A stretch of 64,000 nucleotides of DNA, from NCBI GenBank assembly GCA_964270895.1, contig OZ185437.1, one strand, 5' to 3'. Position numbers and translations under genes: made by a program. This document shows, piece after piece, positions 59,457 through 64,000 of the stretch. Within the stretch, counting starts at the first letter, position 1. The number at the start of each line of letters is the position of its first letter. The notes under the pieces are model-generated. The model was not told the origin of the DNA and did not search any database. It worked only from the letters and a program-made list of their open reading frames with translations. The stretch comes from Podarcis filfolensis. Taxonomy: Eukaryota.

Positions 59457-61095
59457 CTCCACCCATCCACCTCAATCTCCAAAGCTAGTCTGTTTAGGTC
59501 AGGTATTCTGGAAGGTTCCATTCCCTCACAATTTAGACATTGCAGCTCAATTAACGGCCATCTAGGATTCCCCACTGCCATATTTTGACTCAGCCATAGA
59601 TAGCACGATGCACATTGCCTTTCATAGTTGTTCATCACTGCAATCACACTGCCAGAAAACAACACACATAAGACCTCTTTGGGCATTCAGTCTGTACATG
59701 TGAGGGGGGGAATATGTTCCAGCCCTTGACCCCCTATGCTTCTGGGTGTGTCAGGGGAATCCACTCCACCTCGACCTTCCCACATTGAGCTGGAAGGTCT
59801 TCTAAGCACACATGGCTGAACACACTTTGAAGTCTTTGGGGGAAGGGCTGAAGTTCAGTGGTAGAGCACGTCCTTGGGATGCAAAAGGTCTCAGGTTCAA
59901 TGTCCCAGTTGCAGGAAGACTGCTAAGCATATTCAGCCAGTTCCCATCAGATTTCTGTGCTGAACATGTCAAGACTGGCACTGGAGGGGGCAGCGTTGAC
60001 ATATGGCCCCTGCTCCACTATATACCTTTCCCCTCATGTGTTCATGAACATCTTAAGAGGGCTACAATATCCTGCATTTATTTTTTTAACATGTTGCTAT
60101 GAAAACTTATAGAACAGAGCTAAGATCTTCAGAAAGAAATGCGGTTCTGTTAGGGAAAATGCTTGGAGTATCCGAGTTAATGAATTCTACAGGCTTTGGG
60201 GTTTTTTTGTTTTTAAGTCTCCTTTATCCACATGCAGATTAATTCCTGTCTTTCTAAGTTAAGAGGCACCACAAATGTGCACTTTGAAACTAGTTAGCGT
60301 CAGACTCTGACTGTTGCAGTCAGTAGCAAATGTCGGAATAAAACCCACGTCCCCATCGTTTCGTTTGGAATTATAATTTAACAGCACTCTGCCTAAAAGG
60401 AAGCATGTCTAATATATTAGTGAGTTTTCATATAGTAAAGCTCGGGCAATTCATCATGCAGCAGGTTTTCAATACGACAATTCAGTAGTCACCAGCTGGG
60501 ACCAGAAAAAAATATTTTCCTGAGGACATTTCCAATTTCCACTTTTCCTAAAGCCTTGGAAATGGCACTTAAAGTAGCAATATATTATGATATGATGCAG
60601 AGTGGTACTGAAGAAACTTCTATATTTGTTGCTAGACGGCTGGGTTACTCTTGAACTGTTAAGAGTCTAACAGTACAATCAATCCCATGCAGAGCATCTA
60701 AGTCACTAGACTGCAGCCAACTCGGCTACAGATTCATTTGCAATGTTTGGGTGCAAGATGCTTGGTAGTGAATAAAGTGAAGAAGCACACAGAAAGGCAT
60801 AAACAAATCAAATAGTCCATATTGTATGCATAATAATTCACAGCTTGCTATATTTTGCACCAGCCCATGGTGTTCTATCCATTTCTGTCCACTTTTGCGA
60901 TCTTTTCCCGTTATATATTTTTCTACATGTGCAACTGAACTCCTTGTTTTCGAAGAAGATTGCGGACAAATATGTATAGCGTGCCCATCAATGACAGCCA
61001 CCCACAGATTGATGCAGTACAGAAATGTGCGACTCGCTTTAAGCTATAGCATGTGATCCTCAGCTCATGACTTACACCTGGCCTGGACCCAACCC

Positions 61096-61503
61096 TGTCA
61101 GGGAACTGTCATCTGAGACGAAGGAGGTGAAAGGGCTCATGGAGGGTGAGAGAGACCACTCAGCGGAGGAGGGGACCAGCAGGGGGAGAAGTGGAGCTCC
61201 AAGGGAAAGTGAGTCGGAGGGAGGGCTCAGAGACACTTCAAGCGAGAACAGTGGGGAGGTTTCAGGACCTCCCGTAGGGACACCCACTCCTCGGCGGAAA
61301 CTGTCACGCCGAGAGTCCAGAAGATGCGTTTCCGTTAAGGAGCTTTTATGCTGGAAGAAGTTCCGTAAACGCCCACTGTCCGATTCAACGAGCGATTGAT
61401 GGAGCCATGCTTAAGGAGCTCCATCACAGACAGAGGTTTGGGAACTTAGCCAAACTCTGAGGGATCAGGATTTTACGCACAAGCAGCTCACCATCCCATC
61501 ACA
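61096..61503 (+). mobile_element. 5' LTR (LTR-D, about 408 bp)
   Basis: Starts TGTCAGGG and ends ...ATCACA just before the PBS. The 3' boundary is inferred because the second LTR is outside the window. Confidence 0.75.
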
Positions 61504-61505
61504 GC

Positions 61506-61516
61506 AATCGGACAGT
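61506..61516 (+). promoter_or_regulatory. Self-priming primer-binding site
   Basis: AATCGGACAGT is the exact reverse complement of LTR 61375-61385 (ACTGTCCGATT); there is no TGG tRNA-type PBS. Confidence 0.8.
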
Positions 61517-61546
61517 CCCTGAAAGCAGCTTGTGCAGAGAGGCATC

Positions 61547-62553
61547 ATGAGCAACCCAGCCGGAGCCGGAGGAGCAGCAGGAGCTGGAGAAGGTCCAAGT
61601 CTGGAAGAAAGGTACAGAGTGTTGGAACTCCAGCTAGCAATGCAAACGGCGAGGCTAGAAGAAAGGAGGGCGCAGGATGCAGAAAAGGCAAAAGGCGCTA
61701 CACTAGCAAGAAAGATGCCAGGAATGGTGCAGAAGTTTGGGGGGGGGACCCCAGGAACTACCAAGCCTTTAGGACAGAGATGCAGTATGCTCTCGAACTG
61801 CAGTTTAACGACTTTCCCGATGAGGCATCGCGAGTGGCATTTGTGATTGGCCATCTCGAAGGCGGGGCGAGAGACTGGGTGAGGCCCCTGATGGCAGGGA
61901 ATAGTGACATGCTGAAGGACGCGAGGAAGTTTTTTCGCGCCATGGATTTGATGTTTTCCAGCGAGATTGAACAGGGACTGGTGCGCAGACAATTGATGGC
62001 TTGCAAACAGGGGAGCCGATCGGTTCGTGAGTACTGGACTGAGTTTACAATGTTGATACATAAATTGGGGTGGGACCTATCGGCGGAACCCATTCAAATG
62101 CTCTTTGAAGAGGGGCTTTCTTCGGCGGTGAAAGACGAACTTTCCCGGGCGCCCAGGGCGGAGTCTATGGACCAGCTGACCAAATCAGCGCTGACCATTG
62201 GAGCGCGCCAGGAGGCAAGAGCCTTGGAGGGGAAAGGAGAGCGTTGGAGGGATTTCCGCATTCCAGAGATTCCAGAACCCAGTTTCCCGCCCGGAGAGCC
62301 GATGGAAGTTGGAACAGCGCGCGCGCGCGCAGTTTCAAATCCCAATGAAGGGAGGAAGAAGGAGGGAAAGAGCGCCAAGAAATGTTATCTCTGCCAGCAG
62401 CCAGGTCACTTTGCCAGAGTCTGCCCGCAAAGAAAGGAATGGCAAGGGATGGCGGGAGCTGTTGGGGGGAAGGAGGAGGAAGTCCAGGAGCCAGTAAAAG
62501 CCAACGCCTGTCTGCCACTGTCAGGGCACTGCAGACAGGCCAAGGAGCAGTAA
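61547..62553 (+). CDS. Gag (capsid plus CX2CX4HX4C knuckle), broken by one frameshift in the G9 run at 61739-61747
   Basis: MSNPAGAGG...QKFGG joins (GD)PRNYQAFRTEMQYALELQFNDFPDEASRVAFVIGHL...CYLCQQPGHFARVC only if the G run is 7 or 10 long. Confidence 0.88.
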
Positions 62554-62561
62554 AAGTGCCC
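62493..62561 (+). promoter_or_regulatory. -1 ribosomal frameshift element (H-type pseudoknot with atypical slippery site)
   Basis: Stem 1 GCCTGTCTGC (62506-62515) / GCAGACAGGC (62531-62540); stem 2 GGGCACT (62524-62530) / AGTGCCC (62555-62561); 6-nt spacer after A_GTA_AAA. Confidence 0.75.
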
Positions 62562-64000
62562 ACTCCGGAACCTCCAAGACCAGCCCTAGTAATAGAGGTG
62601 TTGCTAGAGCTGGCAAACGGATACCCACTAAAGACCAAGGCGCTGTTGGACTCAGGCAGCTCCTGTAATTTTATGAGCAAGGAGTTTGCAGCTGAACACC
62701 AGATACAGACACTCCCTTTAAGCAACCCCCTGCAGGTCACCACGATCGATGGGAGGGAGCTGTTGGGGGGAGAAGTTAGCCTACAGACCGTCCCAATGGT
62801 TATGAGGGTGGCAAGGCACACCGAAAGGATAGCGTTCAATGTAGCCACCCTGGGAGGGGCGCCAGTCATTTTGGGAATGAGCTGGCTAGCGTTGCATGAC
62901 CCGCTAGTGGGCTGGCATCAGAGAGTGGTCTCCTTTGGGTCAGCACATTGCCTGGAACACTGCAAAGAGGGAAAGGTGCCAGAAGGGGCAAAAGTCTCCC
63001 TAGCAGGGACGGAAGTGGCGGACAAAGGGAAGGTGCCCAAACAATACGCTGACCTGAGCAAGGTCTTCAGCGAAAGGGAAGCAGATAAACTACCACCGCA
63101 TAGAGACTTTGACTGCCAAATTAACCTGGTCCCTGGGGCCCAGCTCCCCGTGGGCAAGCTGTACGCCATGTCAGACAGGGAAATGCAGGAGTTGAGGGAG
63201 TTTATTGACAAAAACCTGAAGAGAGGTTTCATCAGAGAGTCCAGAGAGGTGGGGGGCAGCCCAGTGTTTTTTGTGGACAAAAAAAACACGGATAAACCGA
63301 GATTGGTCGTGGACTACCGGCGGTTAAATGCCGTGTCAGAACCAGTGACTTTCCCCATGCCCAGGATTGATGACATTTTGACCAGGGTGAGGAAGGGGAA
63401 GATATTCACGAAACTGGACCTGAGGGGAGCATACAACTTGATACGAATAAAGAAGGGGGATGAATGGAAGACAACGATGTTCACCCCCCTAGGGGCTTTC
63501 GAATATCTCGTTATGCCCTTTGGATTACAAGCAGGCTCCGCCTGTTTTCAATCGCTCATGAACCATGTACTGGGACCTTTGCTCTACAAGAATTGCGTGG
63601 CCTTCCTCGATGACGTGCTGATATATTCAGAGAATGAGGAGCAGCATGTAAAGGATGTCAGGGAAGTGCTGAGCCAGCTGCAAGCAAACCAGTTGTGGGT
63701 GAAATTGGAGAAGTGTCAGTTCCACACCAAGGAGGTGGAATTCCTGGGGTACCGCTTATCAGACAAGGGATTAGCCATGGATCCAGGCAAGGTCCAGGCG
63801 GTGCTGGAATGGAAGACACCAAAAACGAAAAAAGATGTGCAAAGGTTCTTAGGGTTTGGGAACTTTTACCGTAAATTCATCAAGAACTTTGCCCACTTAA
63901 CGGCTCCCATCACGGACTGTCTAAGCAGCAAGAAGAAATTCGTTTGGACGGCGGAGGAGGAGCACGCTTTTGAGGAATTGAAAAAGGCATTCGCTTCGGA
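62493..64000 (+). CDS. Pol (aspartic protease and reverse transcriptase), 3'-partial, -1 frame to gag
   Basis: Translated by hand with no stop to 64000: ALLDSGSSCNF, ILGMSWL, PVFFVDKK, RLVVDYRRLN, KLDLRGAYNLIRIKKGDEWKT, EYLVMPFGL, AFLDDVLIYS, LEKCQF, FLGY, VQRFLGFGNFYRKFI. Confidence 0.95.

Larger units (their letters stand above)
61096..64000 (+). mobile_element. Young Ty3/gypsy LTR retrotransposon of the Tf1/sushi (PEG10-related) group, 3'-truncated by the window edge; antisense within an HMGCLL1 intron
   Basis: 5' LTR, PBS, gag (capsid, PMEVG motif, CCHC) and pol in the -1 frame with protease then RT, in gypsy order. Confidence 0.95.

Noticed and set aside
49500-60520. Non-repetitive intronic stretches (about 49500-49780 and 60290-60520) that look like conserved enhancers
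   Set aside because: Conservation cannot be judged without cross-species alignment, and no further HMGCLL1 exon was found in 44541-64000.
62165-62869. Long antisense ORFs over gag/pol (234, 198 and 123 aa)
   Set aside because: Expected shadow frames of GC-rich coding sequence; no motifs.

Overview
Squamate genomic DNA, probably a lacertid lizard (inferred from Sauria SINEs, Bov-B fragments and Squam-type SINEs). It carries the vertebrate syntenic block HCRTR2(+) - GFRAL(+) - HMGCLL1(-). HCRTR2 is 5'-partial (coding exons 2-7, 2027-14360). GFRAL is complete (10 coding exons, 16718-33123, 548 aa by my manual splice) and contains a 399-nt exon encoding a fourth 10-Cys GFRalpha-type domain that human GFRAL lacks. 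Only the last two coding exons of HMGCLL1 are present (44415-44540, 41005-41106); the rest of the window is HMGCLL1 intron. Introns hold L1, L2, CR1, Bov-B, SINEs, hAT and Tc1/mariner MITEs, three solo Ty3/gypsy LTRs with 5-bp TSDs, and the 5' part of a young Tf1/sushi-type gypsy element (LTR, gag, open pol) running off the right edge. That element has an 11-nt self-priming PBS and a -1 frameshift pseudoknot. The most unusual pattern: all four complete gypsy LTRs, which differ in length and sequence, carry a long sense reading frame in the same phase from the LTR start (T|GTC|AGG). It encodes an acidic/Ser-rich then Arg-rich polypeptide, with an L-x-W motif in three of the four. This is a candidate LTR(U3)-encoded accessory protein; a promoter-motif/composition explanation is not excluded. 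All exon boundaries and alignments were read by eye; comparisons to human or mouse are from memory.
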